In this document: positions 1-13,700 of the stretch, piece by piece
Position numbering within the stretch: position 1 is the first letter of the stretch
Layout: each line of letters begins with the position of its first letter
Source: Bugula neritina
Taxonomy: Eukaryota; Animalia; Bryozoa
Assembly: GCA_964035545.1 (NCBI GenBank)
Contig: OZ037767.1
Location: forward strand, 7,760,581-7,824,580
DNA length: 64,000 nucleotides
Reading direction: 5' to 3'
The notes under the pieces: generated by a model
Told to the model about the DNA's origin: nothing
What the model saw: only the letters and a program-made list of their open reading frames with translations
The model's database searches: none
Translations under genes and position numbers: made by a program

Positions 1-146
1 GATGTTTAGAGTATTAAACAAACTTCTTGACATTTCATTACTAGTAGCTCTAGTAAAAATAGATTTTAATTGCCCCAACAGTAAACACAAAAACCACCAA
101 TGACCTCATTGACCCCAATAAAGTCCCTGTTTATGCCTTGCAATGA

Positions 147-374
147 ATAGCTTGCTTGGTACTTTGTTTATGTAGCGCCTATAATGGAATGTTGATAGAT
201 AACGCAGCCCTAATGAAGGTTGCTGCTTATTGGTTGTAGTTTGATCTCAGGCTAAACAATTGCAAGTAGGCAACACGCATGCCACCCGCAGAGTAGTATT
301 ATTCAAGAACCTAAACTACATTTTGAGAGAAATTTATGATATTCTTAGTGAGGATGCCCTTAACTGTCCTGTGT
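147..374. repeat. Inverted copy (~228 bp) of 5312-5540
   Basis: The reverse complement of 5312-5540 aligns with about 15 substitutions (manual count). It directly abuts the truncated 3' LTR. Confidence 0.85.
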
Positions 375-3300
375 ATATGGCTTTATGGATTTATGGCTTC
401 ATGGTATGATATAATTCTCATAGTCAGGGCTGTAGCAGCATCCGTTGCATATGTAACATCTCCCCACTAGCCTTTGATGCATCTATGTATTTTGGTGAGC
501 TGCCAATCTCTTTGACCTTCTAAGATTTTCAAATCCATACTCTTCGCCTGTGGGTAGTCTGGGATTTCTCCATGGTTGAGGTGTTTGGTTAGCAGTACTA
601 TCGTCATTTGAAACATCAGCCATTTGAACTTCAGATTTCACATCGTCTGCTGGTTCAGAATCTTCCTCAACTCCGTAGCGTGGTAATAGTTGTTCAATAT
701 GACGTCTCCATATTGGTCCTCTTGGTGTGACTTTGACATTTATACTTCTTGGTCCCAATACTTTTGTGACAATGGCAGGGACCCATCGTGGTTCTCTGTA
801 TCTTCGGGGTCCACAATAGAATGCGTAGCAAAGACTTCCAACTGTATAGGTGTGAACTTTGGATACAGTGGATTTCTGGTCTGTAGACTTTTCCACTTCT
901 TTTGATTGTCGTTCTTGGGCTTGGTGTGCTGGTGATGGTAGCAGAACATCAATTTTGCAATGAATCTGTCTCTCATTCAGCAGTTCACTGGGCGAGTATC
1001 CTCCTATCAAGGGTGTGCGTCGGTAGTGCATCAGGAATTCAGTCAAAGCTAGATTTGGTAGTAAATTAGATTTTCTTAGAGCCTATTTAAATGATTGCAC
1101 TAGTCTTTCAGCTGCTCCATTTGTGGCAGGGTGATAAGGGGCTCCAGATAGATGAACTATTCCACGACCCCGGCACCAGCTTTGAAACTCTTCAGACTTG
1201 AATGTGCTTGCATTGTCGGATACAATTGTGTGTGAATATCCAAAGTGTGCAAAGTCTTTTTTTAGAAGCTCTGTAGTTCTCTTCGAAGATGTTGATGTAG
1301 TTGGATGTATGCAGGGATACTTTGAGTATGCATCCACAATTATTAGCCAGTTGCTTCCCAGAAAGTTGATTGCATGGTCGATGTGAATACGACTCCATAG
1401 CTTTTCTGGAATCATCCAAGGATGGAGAGGAGCTTTGCCTGGTTGATTCTGGTGCTCAGCGCAAGAGCTGCACTGTTTACAAGCATCCATGATGTCTGCG
1501 TCTGTTCTTGGCCAATAAACAGCAGAACGTGCGAGTTGTTTCATCCGCTGCATGCCAAAGTGTCCTAGATGAAGAATCTGCAAAACTTGTGGCTGAAGGG
1601 TAAGCGGTATTACATCTCTTGAACCGTACAGCAAGCATCCGTCTGAGATAGAGAGTGAGCCAGACACCTTCTTGAAACACTGTATGTTGTAAGCTGCACT
1701 ATGAGCTTGGTCCTCATCTTCTGTGTTTGTCTCTTCTAGTGTTTTAGGCCATCCTTCTCTTGTATAGCGAATTACTGTAGACAGAATGGGGTCTTTCAAG
1801 GTTTCTTTTAGAAGTACTCCTGAATCTGTTGGCTTCAATTGTTGAGAAATCAGTCGTATCGTGCATATCGTGTCCATATCATCACCATTTTCCTCCTCAT
1901 CAAACTTGAAGTCTGGGCCAACTGGCAGACGACTAAGTGCATCTGCATTGCCATGTTTGCTGGTCGTGCGATACTCAATACTATAATCGTATTGACTCAG
2001 TCGCAGTGCCCATCTTGCTAGTCTGTTGGCTGCTAAAGCTGGCGTCTCCTTTGTAGGTCCAAATAATGCCAATAGTGATCGGTGGTCGGTAACCAAGATA
2101 AACCGCCGGCCGTAGAGGTATTGATGAAACTTCTTTAGTGCGAACACTATAGCTAGAGCCTCTTTCTGTATCTGTCCGTATTTCTTCTGAGTTCCAGTTA
2201 GTGTCTTTGAAACGTTGAAGATTGGTCTTTCTGATCCATCTGGGTATCGATAAAAAAGAACAGCTCCGATTCCCACTGATGAGGCATCACAGGAAATCCC
2301 GACTTCCAAGGTATAGGGTCAAAATGAGCTAGTACTGTGTCCGAGCATAACATCTCTTTAAGTTTCTGAAAGCTTGACTCTTCTTCAGATCCCCACTTCC
2401 AAACAGCGTTCTTTTTGGTCAGATGATGTAGCAGCTCTGTAACTGTAGATAAATTTGGTAAGAATTTGCTGTAGAATACTACCGATTCAAGAAATGACTT
2501 GAGTGATGATACATCTGTTGGTACCGGCATAGTTTTAACAGCGTCTGCCTTCTTTCCTTTAACTATGCCATGGTTAGAGAGGAGATGTCCTAGGTAGTGG
2601 ATTGCTGGCTTTGCAAATTCACACTTCTCTCTACGACATCTTAGTCCTTTCTCATCTAGGCGTTGTAGAAGTCTTCTGAGGTTGTTTAAGTGTTCCTTTG
2701 CTGTTGATCCGCTGACCAGAATATCATCTAGATACACTGCCACACCTTCTAGGTCGCTAGTGAGTTTCTCCATGATTTCTTGAAAACACCCTGGTGCCGA
2801 ACTAATGCCAAAAGGAAGTCTCATCTGAAGAAGTACTCCTCGATGGGTGTTCAGAGCCAGTCTTCTTTGACTTTCTGGAGCTAACAGAATCTGGTTGTAG
2901 GCATCCACCAAGTCTATTTTGGTGAATCCATATCCTCCTCTGAGCTTCTGCATCAAGTCTCCTGGTAAGGGCATTGGTTGACGGTGAGTTTCAAGTTGGC
3001 TGTTAATGGACACCGAGTAATCTCCGCACACTCTGAGCTTTCTTTTTTGTTGACCTGGGAGTGCGGCTTTCCTGATTGGTACTACTGGTGTGCCATAGTT
3101 GTTGAGCTGAACAGGTTTCCAGACTCCTCTTTTTTTCCTGCTTCATATTCTTGGACAAGATCATCTTGCATAGCGAATGGAACTGGTCTGGCTTTGCAGA
3201 ATACTGGTTTCGAGTCAGGTTTGAATTCAATCTCCAACTCAAAATCTTTGAGACAACCCAGTTCTGATTTGAAGAGATCTGGAAATTCTTGACAAACTTG

Positions 3301-5141
3301 TTCGCAAGCTTTCTGTAGTGAGTAGTCAGGTTTAAGATCTTGGAAAACTGTGTTCACTGAATTACTTGTAGTTGATGATGTACATGGAATCTTCATCTTG
3401 TCATCTATAGATATCTGTAGCCTTTGTATAGCATCACGTCCTAGAAGATTTAGTTGTGGTATTTCTGTGACTACGAAGTTCAACATCTGTCCACTGGCTT
3501 TATCAGGAATGTTGGCAACTCGTTGGAATTGTCCCATTACATTAATAGGATGTTTAGATGCTGACTCGTACTGTGCTTCTGTCGGCTCCAAATTCGGTCG
3601 ATCAAGTTTCTCCCAAATGTCGGCAGTGATGAAATTTTCACATGCTCCGGTATCCAATTCCATAGTGAATTCCACACCCTCTATCTGTAACTTCTGTTGT
3701 AATTGTGATAGAGATTTAATCCTTTTTACTGTAGAAGTGATAACTTTGACAGCTTGTGATGTTGATTTCTTCTTAAGTCGGCATGCTGATTTTATGTGAC
3801 CTAGTTTTCTGCAAAAATTGCATTGAGCATTTTTATAATTGCAAATACTTGGTGAATGTTTTTTTCCACATCTGTAACAGCTGGTTTTTAGTTGAGTCTC
3901 TTCTTTCTTTGTTGAAGAAACGCTGCTAGCATTGTTTGTTGATCTTTTGTCAGTCTGAACTTTGTTGACACCTGTAGCCTTAACTCCATGCGCAGTTTCC
4001 TTGGCTACTTTTGCTGCATCTTCAGTTTCAATTGCAATTTCCACAGCTCTGGTGAAGGTCAATTCATCATCTTTAATTTTGAATAACGCTTTTAGAACTG
4101 CTTCATTGCTAACAGAACAAATGAATTTTGTCCGCATAGCTTCATCTAGTGGATTGGTGATGGAAGCAAAATCACAAGTTGTGGCGTCCTGACGAATCCG
4201 TGCAGCTAATTCCTGAACAGTCTCGCTTGGTTTACGTCGCATTTCACTCCAAAATTTAAATCGCTCTCTTATGATGAACTTCTTTGGGTCAAACTGGTCC
4301 TTCAATAATTCTGTTATTTCTGTTATTGTAAGTTCATTGATGTCTTTAGGTGGTGTCATCTGAGCTGATAAGTTTCCTAGAATCTTATATGTTGCAGCTG
4401 ACTGGGAGGTTAGGAAGATCTTTGGGTTGCGGTTTTCTGGATTAGCGTGTGCAGCTACAAAAGTGTTAAACCTAGCCCAATAGTCCGTCCACAATTCTAA
4501 TGTCGAATTAAATGCCGGAAAATTAGGTATAGAAACTGTCGGTAATGCTTTAGGTTCATTTCTCTCTTCCATTAGCATTTGCATTAGTTTTCTATTGTCT
4601 TCCTGTGTCTGTTTAAACATGGCTACTAACTCCGCAACTTCTGCCATTATGAAAATTTTTGAAACTTAATTTGTGTTACTCACAAGGCGATTAGAGTGTA
4701 GATATTGCCTAGCCTGGTATTGTTCTGAACAGTCCGAGATTCCTCTGCTGTAGGTAGTTCTATCTGTCAAACTCTGAAGTAGATGTAGAACTCCACTGGT
4801 AACTTTGTCCACCCAAAAGAAGAATCCCATCCTCGTCGCCAATTTATCCTGTTGTATTCTTGAGTAGAAAGGATAATTTATGTAGATATCATACAATGTC
4901 GTATATTTGAATTCCAGAAAAATACAATTAGCTCAGAGAAAACTCACTGTTTATATACAAAAATATTACATAGCTTTTTAGTGATAGCCAATCATAATAC
5001 AAAATTATAATAGATGCTTCATGGCTATATGGCTATATGCTATATGGCTATATGGCTTTATGGCTTCATGGCTTTATGGCTTCATGGTATGATATAATTC
5101 TCATAGTCAGGGCTGTAGCAGCATCCGTTGCATATGTAACA
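374..5141 (-). mobile_element. Ty3/Gypsy LTR retrotransposon, Mag/K02A2.6-like, recently inactivated
   Basis: 5' LTR 4850-5141 (TG...CA), PBS TGGCGACGAGG at 4831-4841, PPT AGTGGGGAGA at 459-468, and a truncated 3' LTR at 374-458 that nearly matches the corresponding end of the 5' LTR. Domain order is gag-PR-RT-RH-IN. Confidence 0.93.
483..4647 (-). pseudogene. gag-pol polyprotein of the Mag-like element, broken by two frameshifts (~3133, ~2312) and one stop (1083-1085)
   Basis: ORF 3082-4647: two CCHC-type knuckles and protease LDTGA. ORF 2198-3031: RT with YLDD. ORF 1083-2309: RNase H (CDAS...TDH) and integrase (HHCC, DHA...SDN...AERLV). ORF 483-1046: integrase C-terminus, in frame after the TAG. 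Confidence 0.9.
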
Positions 5142-7403
5142 GTTTCTTTTTGTAATTCAATATCTCTAGCTTGGAAACAGAGAAATAATTTTAAAAAAAT
5201 TATTTACTGGACATTTGGCTTATCAAAAAATATTTTTTAATAAAAAAAATTGTTTAATATGAAATGAATGAATGTCACAATTGTTCAAGTTAATGATAAA
5301 GATAAAACTTGACACAGGATAGTTAAGGGCATCCTCACTAAGAATATCATAAATTTTTCTCAAAATGTAGTTCAGGCTCTTGAATAATATTGCTCTGCGG
5401 GTGGCATGCGTGTTGCCTACTTGTAATTGTTTAGCCTAAGATTAAACTACAACCAATAAGCAGCAACCTTCATTAGGGCTGTGTTATCTATCAACATTCC
5501 ATTATGGGTGCTACATAAACAAATTACAAAGCGAGCTATTTATCATAGCCTGCCAGCTAGCTAGCCTGTAATTATTATGTAGGCGCCAATATCTTCTCAT
5601 CCCTACGTGCTCAGTGAAGCGTGAAGTGCTGGGCGCTGCTTGTTTCTTATGAGAAAATATGGCATTTTCAGTGTATAAATCACCAATCTATGAGCAATCT
5701 AGCAATCTATCATGCTTTGCTGCTGAGATATTTTACTGGTACTGAAAAGTCAGCTTTTCAGGCAAAATTGGCCAAAATTCGGCAGTTTTTTGTCTATAAC
5801 TTCGCAAAAAAAATGAAAACTGAAATTTCCAAAAAACTTACACTGGAGAAAAAAAAGATCTACAACATAGTTTTCAAATTTTGACTCTAGCACAATTAGG
5901 TGAGATTTTATTTTACTGGTACTGAATACTTATATGATTACAATGCAAACCTCAGCAAGGCAGTTGCAGCTAAAAGGTTGCCCTTAACTATCCTGTGATC
6001 AAGTTGAAGCAAGAGTAAGAGAAAAAAATACTTTTTTATATATATCACATATATATTTCCTAATGTGCTTTTTCTATAATGCTTTTTTAGGCACCTAAGA
6101 TTCAATATTTGTAGCAACAGAAGTTGTCTGTCCATCAAAAGCAACAAATGCAGCACCAGCCAGCTAACAAGAAATTGCTTGCTTTTAACTTTGAGTAGAG
6201 AAGCTATATTTAATGCTCAATTTTTTACAATAAGGCAAAACTGTGTCTTTTCTAAAAAAGTTGCCCAACTGATGTATATAGTTGCCCTTCTCACAAAAGA
6301 ATCCTTTATAGGCAAAAGTAGTTTTTGTATATTTGAAACTGGTAGAACATAAAACAAAAACAATTGCATCTATATGTCTAACCCACCCAATTTTGTGTGT
6401 CGGCACCCCTGCCACACCAAAATCTGGTCACAAGCTTTTGACTATTGGTTATTATTAGGCTGCATGTTTGAAATTTATTGGTAGTGAAAGCCATTGCATA
6501 AAAAACACACTCAATAACTAATAAGAAACCATTTGCTAATAAATTCAACCACAGGTATGATATTATGCAAATTGATTTGAAATAATAACAACTCATTTCT
6601 AAATGAATCAAAGCCACAAAAATGCATTAAAAATGCATATGGTGAAGCAATAGAAATGCTACAATTATAACTAAAAGTATTGGTAAATATTTTAGCAGTT
6701 GACAGCAGCTACAAATTTGACATAAATCAATTTTGTTTATTCCATCTATAAACAGTGTAAACAGATGTTGTATGCCGCCGAGAAAATTTATGCAATTCGT
6801 TGTTGCAAATAATTAAAGTTTTTTTGTCTCCAAACATTATTTTCTCGTTACAGAGCTATATAAACTAGCTTCATTTCATGTGACATATAACATGTGAATA
6901 ATAAAATAGAACGCACAACTCAAAGAATTATATTGTCTTACAAATAAAAATTGTGTTCTGCCAGTCTCTATTATACTGTGCATAAATTTCACCAAATACA
7001 AATTATTATTTTATCGCACAACTACTCTGTATAAAAGATATATAAAAATAAACTGATTATCATGACCAATAGTCATATTTCTCAATAATCATAATAATAA
7101 CTTAAAAACATAAATATTATATAGCTTACCTTCTATGAAGAGAGTTCATGAAACTTATTATAGAGAGTGGTGAAAATTTTTTTTTTATGAATATTTGAAT
7201 ATATTTCAAAATTTTAAGTTTTTGTAATCAAATTTTTAAATATAAAATATAAAAAAGCAGTAAATTTTAAGAGTTGGAAATATTGAATAGTTCGCCACCA
7301 TAAAGAAAGAATACTAGTTAGTCTGTCTTATGTAATACTTGGCAGTCGGATTGGTTAGATTTTAAAATTGAAAGTCAGCTGAGAACAAATATATTTTGAA
7401 TAT

Positions 7404-7720
7404 TTAATTAGAAACTGCAGCATAAACATGGTCGGAAGCAGCTGGTTGATCTATTTGCAGAATTTCATAAGTCACATGCTCTTCTTTTTCAAAAGTTGTA
7501 TTTATGTAAGTGGGTTGGCAAGCAGTTGTAGTAGACATGATAGTAGAAGGTACTTCATAGGCTGATCCATTATTTCTATCATTGGCAACAGGTGTACGGA
7601 GGCCCAAATCTTTCATTGAGGCAACTTTTTTTCTTAGCATAATAATTATGCCACCAAATACAATTGCCACCATAAAGGTCAATGATAGGGCTGCTGAGAA
7701 TCCAATCACAATAAACGAGT
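7404..7720 (-). CDS. Gene A last exon: TM helix and cytoplasmic tail with YEVP, YIN, VTYEIL and VYAAV motifs
   Basis: Hydrophobic stretch FIVIGFSAALSLTFMVAIVFGGIIIML followed by the stop-transfer RKK; acceptor TTTTCAG ending at 7721; stop codon at 7404-7406. Confidence 0.8.
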
Positions 7721-10700
7721 CTGAAAATAACAAGTTATAAAATAGTGAAAATACTAAAGTTTACCCATTAAACGACCTACTTATATATACTTTTTAATTA
7801 AAGATGGATAATCGATGAGTTGAAAGCAATGATGGCATCCAAAAACAATATGTATATAAAACAACTACCTTTAGACATTGCTATAACTACAGTAATCACC
7901 ATGCAATCAGAATGATATTATGCAATGTACTTGGAAAAACACCATTTAGGATTATAATTATTTAGCTTTCACCCATTTAACACTATAATATCTTTTATAT
8001 ACAAAAGCTGACTTACTAGAGCTGCAATTTGTGCTGTCCTTACAGATCAGCGGCTCTCCTAACCATTCAGTCACCAACTCAGTATTCAACACACAGTGTA
8101 GGTGATGGTCTCCTCCTACTTGTTCTTTTCCTTTTTCACATTCATAGAGGACAGATTCTCCAATCTGTACTGGATCTCTTGTTATAGATGACTTAGTGCC
8201 AACACCAGCTGGTGGGTTTGAGCATGTGGTAGAAGGAGGAACTACAATCAGTTGTAATATAACAGTTTGAAAGGCAAAAAATAGTTAAAAACGCCACTGA
8301 AATTTCAATATGTATGCAAATAACATGCTTTCAGGTTTGAACAGATAAAATGGTAACTTTGTCCTATAATGTTTATTAAAAGGTTAAAGTAAGGCCCATA
8401 GCTTTTACATATTATTAGTACTCTTTACATAAAATCAAATAGTTGTGAGTATAACCAATTAGTACCACATAATCAAAAATGCTAACCTTTAAAGCTGTGT
8501 CCTTCCCCAAGTAGTTTGACATACTCATCCTCAGAGCCCTGTAAACATAATTACATTCAAGTATTATATATAAAGCCATTACAGATTCTCTGACTATAAC
8601 TAACTTGTGAGGTGGACCAAAGAGAGAAGCAGCTTTTGATATAAAAGAGAGTGCAGCTGCTAAAGCAGGCCAGTTGATTAAAGTTACCGTGAGCCTCAGC
8701 TGTTTAAAGATACACTTCTTGCCTTAAGATACTATCGCCGCACGTGTCCCAATGCGTTAGGAAGAACGCCTCATATATTAGGCTACACAGTTCTTCCCCC
8801 TTAGTGCGACTATGCGCAATCTGAGCCAGCCTTTTGATGGTGTTGGCATAGTCTCGCAAGAAAATCCACCTACTTCTTTGGAATCTTTGAAGTATGTTCG
8901 ATGCGTAACAGGCAGTCATACCGAAGTGGTTTTGGAAAGCCCACATGATGTGGTTCTCATTAAGTCTGAGAGCAAAGCTCCTGTCCTGACCTGTCAGACA
9001 AGTTCAAAGTTGGAGGACACGTACTGGTGCCAGCCATCCAGTAAAGGTTACAACATTCTCAAACTCTCGGTAGGATTGTTCCATGCACATTCCTGTCATC
9101 TTCAAAAGTCTGGGGCTTAAGACAGTACCTGTCACCAGGTGGTGCCTGACCAGTTCCATTGAATTTTTTGAAGAGCTGCCACTGGGGTCTCCATTGTGAG
9201 AGCTAGGTGCTTCTCACTGCTGCTAGTCTTCCTGGTTTTATTGGCCCCCCTTCTCTTGCTTCAGTCATCTTGCTTCTCTATTCTCGTATGCAGGCCCACC
9301 TATTATTCTGAATCCCGACGCTGCCACCATTGAGTAAGTCTCTTAGGTAGAATGCAATCAAGTGGCAAGCGTACCTCCGTAGTATAAGAAACAAGATAGC
9401 TTGTCTGTGTTGAGTATAATAATCTTTATTAGGTGTTATAAGTTTATCTATGTGTTTTTACCCAGCGAGCTTCAGTGGAAGACCGACCCTACTCTATAAA
9501 AATCTTCTCTCAACAATGTACTAAGAAATGAAAATAAGTTGAACTTTTAAAGAATATTTTTAGAAAACAGAATATATGATTTTTTATCTTCTCCTCACAG
9601 TTTCATAAATAAAGAGCAAAGTCTTGATTACCAACAAAAAATAATTGCCTGTAAGCCCACAAGTGTGTTTTGGACTTTATATATTATAGTAGTTTGCTTA
9701 CACTGTATTAACTTACATGGGGCACCCAGGTAATAGCCATCCACACATCATAGTTTGTTGCTGAAGCTAGTTTTGCATTTTTGTAACCATTGTAACTCTT
9801 GCCATCCCCAACAGTGAACTCATATCCACCAGGTGTAGGGAGCTTTGTGTCATTAGCCAGTATCTCAGCTGTTATGTAACAACTTTGAGTTAGAGTAAGA
9901 CTTGCTCTAGATATTGACTGGGAGTGAGAAGTTGAGATACAGCTACTATTAAATACAGCTCCTTTAATCCTGGTATTTCTTTGAACCAGTATCAAGTAGG
10001 ACCTGCAGCAAATGTTACCCAAAAGAATCATTCACTCAGACTATTTATTATGTGGTTTGTTTGATAAAAATGTGGCTGGTCAATAACAAGAGACGGCCTC
10101 ATGGAAAGTTTTATACGACTTCCCTGTGTTTCTTAGAAGTGTGTGGCCGAGCCCCTAAGCTAATTATGGTTGTCACATTAGAACTAATCTCAGACAGTGC
10201 GGTTGATAATATTGTGACAGGAATAATGTTGATGGCTTTATTCAAAGTTGAAAACATGTACCTTATATATGAGATAGAAAAGAAAGCTTAAGTAGCAGCA
10301 ATGAAAATATTCTTACTAAAAATTTGAAGCAGATATTATCCTTTAGATGGCTTACTACAATTTATGTGGTTTAGGTTGGTTATTACATAGTAACCTAAAA
10401 TTATTATGCTAGATAAAAATATTTTGTGGTGCTTTAATATTTGAGTTCTCTTAACAACATTTCTTCTTAAGAATTACTGGCATAACAAATTGGCTGCTGT
10501 CACAAGATGAAGAGATCTTGCAAAGTTGCTTATTATAGATTAAAAATGCTCTAGCTGAAACTTTAGTGTCAGCTTCTTTGCAGCAAACATAACCAAAATA
10601 ATTTTGATATAGATATTGTAGAGTTATGCAAATAAATTTGAAAAACCAAACTTTTCAGTAAACTGGCATCTGCATGAAAATGCAACTTTTGTGCAATCAT

Positions 10701-13700
10701 TGAATTGAGTCAAGAATATAACTTGACAATTAAGCTGAATCACCTGATCGCCACCATCTTGTTTGAACGTTACACTAAGTATACTATGTCTTGCACAACT
10801 TTGTAATCCTGGTAACTAAAATGAAATACTAAGTGATTACCTTATGTTGACAGCTTCTAGCTGAAATGGTACAATGGTGACAGTAACTTTTCCTGAAGCT
10901 ACCACAGGCTCGGTTAACAGGCTCTGATTCAAGACTAAAATTATTATTCAATTTTTGAAAAAAAAGTGAAAATTAAACAGCATCAGCAAGTTAAAAGTTA
11001 TAATTTTTAGAAAACAGCAAAAAAGAGTTAAAATGACTATGAAATGGGAGCAGTAGAATAATTGTCATTTGCCAACGTAATCGCCTGTTTGAAAAGCTGA
11101 TAATAGTGATAAGACCAATTGTAGTTTTAGAAGAGCTCTGGGATCATGCTCACTTAAGTATAAATTTTAACACAAATAAGTTTCGCTATAAAATGTTGTA
11201 GACTTTATGAACTTATGTCATGACAAAGCCAAAAGATTTAAATACGTCTGCATTTGAATATGTAGCCTTTGGTAGTGTCTTGAATAAAAATGTTAGTTAC
11301 TATTGCAGAGCTAAGCTTGTAATGTCACAATTGATATATTTATAAGTAAATATTTTTAGCATGGTATGTCTTATAGTGTTTTAATTAGGGAGCAGCTGTG
11401 GTCTAGGGGTTAGAACGTCTGCTTAGTAAACAGGAAGTCATGGGTTCGAGCCCAAACAAAGACCATTGGGGATGTTAGGAAGAACATCTAGCCATAATTG
11501 CTCCTGTTCCCTATCTGAATGAGTCCATAACACAATTTAACAAAACACTTTTTTATCAAAGTATTCTCACAGGGATGGCAACTATAAATTCATGGGTGAG
11601 TTTATAGTGTTTTAGTTGTAGTTGAAATAGTTTTTCAACAAGACAAATCATAAGCAATATGGTTACTTTGCAATGGGCTTTGTACTTCACAATGGTTACT
11701 GGTTCTTTAAATAAAGTTGTTATTTATTATTGCAGAGCATAGCAACTGGTCCCAAAATTTGAAAATAACCTCTTGAGAATATTACCCCACGATATTAAAA
11801 GTTATATGAAATGGTTAGTTTAATTAAAATGTAATACTAACTGATGAATTCAGTAACAGTAGTTGCTGGTAGACTGGCAGGACTTGGCGCGTATACTGAA
11901 CCAGCTTGAGCTGTGCATTTTATCACAGAAGCAGACGTTAGATCACATATATAGGTCTTTTCTTCACCACGATTGGTTAATGTAAAGTTTACTAATGGTA
12001 TGAGACCAACGGTATTGTTATAGTTACATTCGATCTAAAAAAGAAAGCATTTCTTATACCATTAGACACTGCATTTTGAACAAAATAGTTATGCATTGAT
12101 AACTTTATGATTTTTATCTACATTAGTAAGCGAGCCATATACAACTGGCTGACTCATCAATGCAATTTCAAGATAATATGCAATTTTGTATGCGGTTTTG
12201 GAAATATCTCGAAACAGATTGCAGCTGCCAGAAGAAAATCATAGCACTGATGACCGTTTGTTGTTATTGTAGTTATACTCACTAAATAATAAGTAATTGT
12301 TCCTGTGTATTCTTCAGGTTTGTTTAGAGATACATTTATGCAGTTTTCTTTCGCTGATTCCAAAGCAATGCTAGGTGGAGTTGTTGGTTCTACAGTAAAT
12401 TACAAAATTTTAAAAAGCAATCTTTCATATATTAGAGTAAAGACGTAATTTTGATACAAATGAATAAATTAAATGCTAGTTTCTGAATATATTCATGCTA
12501 TAATAGTGAATTTCAACTGTTTGGTAAACTTCCTAAAAACTGATTATAATATTGTGAATTTAAAAAAAGTTCTTACCAATATTTCCAGTCATAACTGTCA
12601 GTTCTTTGGTTGAATTCTTGTTTTGTTCATTTCTAACCTCCACTTCAAACTGGTAGCTGGTGTTGGCCATCAGATTAGAGAAAACATTTTGTTTACTGAA
12701 CCCTGGCTGAGGAGAACTTTTCATCCTGAAACTCAATTCTGTTGTACCACTCGTTCCACACCCACTCAGGAGTGTCTATTAGAAAGTCGCAAAACATTGC
12801 ATACAGTGTAAAAGGGCATAAGAGACTACTGACAATTAGCATGGTTTTAATTGCCAAAATGACATTATAGAGATCATATTATGTTATGTACAAATCAATA
12901 AATGAGCATACCTGGTTTTTATTAATTGTAACTTTTCGGTAACTTTTCCAGTTATCTTGATAAACATACTCTTCTACATAATCTATTTTCCCCACAAACT
13001 CTGGTGCTGAAATAAAAAAGTCACTGAACACATGTCTGAAGATGTTGTGATACACTTGAAGGTTCAACCTGTAGACTTGTAATACATTTTTTTTGCTCCT
13101 TCATTATAATTATGTTGTGTAAATTTAGTGTTAAAAGAACACTTGTAAAAATAATATAACATCCCATATACCGTGTCCAGTAACAGTGGCACCGGTAAAA
13201 ATGGCACAAGTCAAAATGGCACAAAGCATGGTAATGTAGGTACAATGACACATTTTCAAAATATGAGCGTAGGATAGGATTGGGTGTTTGGAATATAGGA
13301 GTTTAGATTTAAGAATGGGCATTTGAGTTTGGAATCGGAGGTTAAGGGCTGCGGGTTTGACTTGAGGATTTGAAAAAATGTAACGGTTGTGTGTGCCTTA
13401 TCTTCCTAAAATATTTTTATTTTCTATCATATCTTATTTAATTTTTCCTGCTATTATTACCTGTGCCACGTTTTCCTAAAATCCATATATGCATCTATAA
13501 CAGATGACAAGCAGCATACCTGTACACTCCTTAGTCATTACATGCAGAGAGATAAAAGGTCCAGAACACGTATCAGCATTTCCTGTATGATGAGACACTA
13601 GAAATCTGTAAAATGTTCTCGGATTTAACTGAGTGGCAGTAAAATTCACTCTACCATCTTTCTTCTCAACATTCAGATTTATTTCACCAGTCAAACCGAC

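Noticed and set aside
690-4192. Plus-strand ORFs overlapping the Gypsy elements (also 28404-31081)
   Set aside because: Antisense or alternative-frame shadows of gag-pol with no recognisable domains.
11390-11465. Functional tRNA gene
   Set aside because: No pairing acceptor stem or terminator. It continues into a SINE body, has a TSD, and is absent from the paralogous intron.
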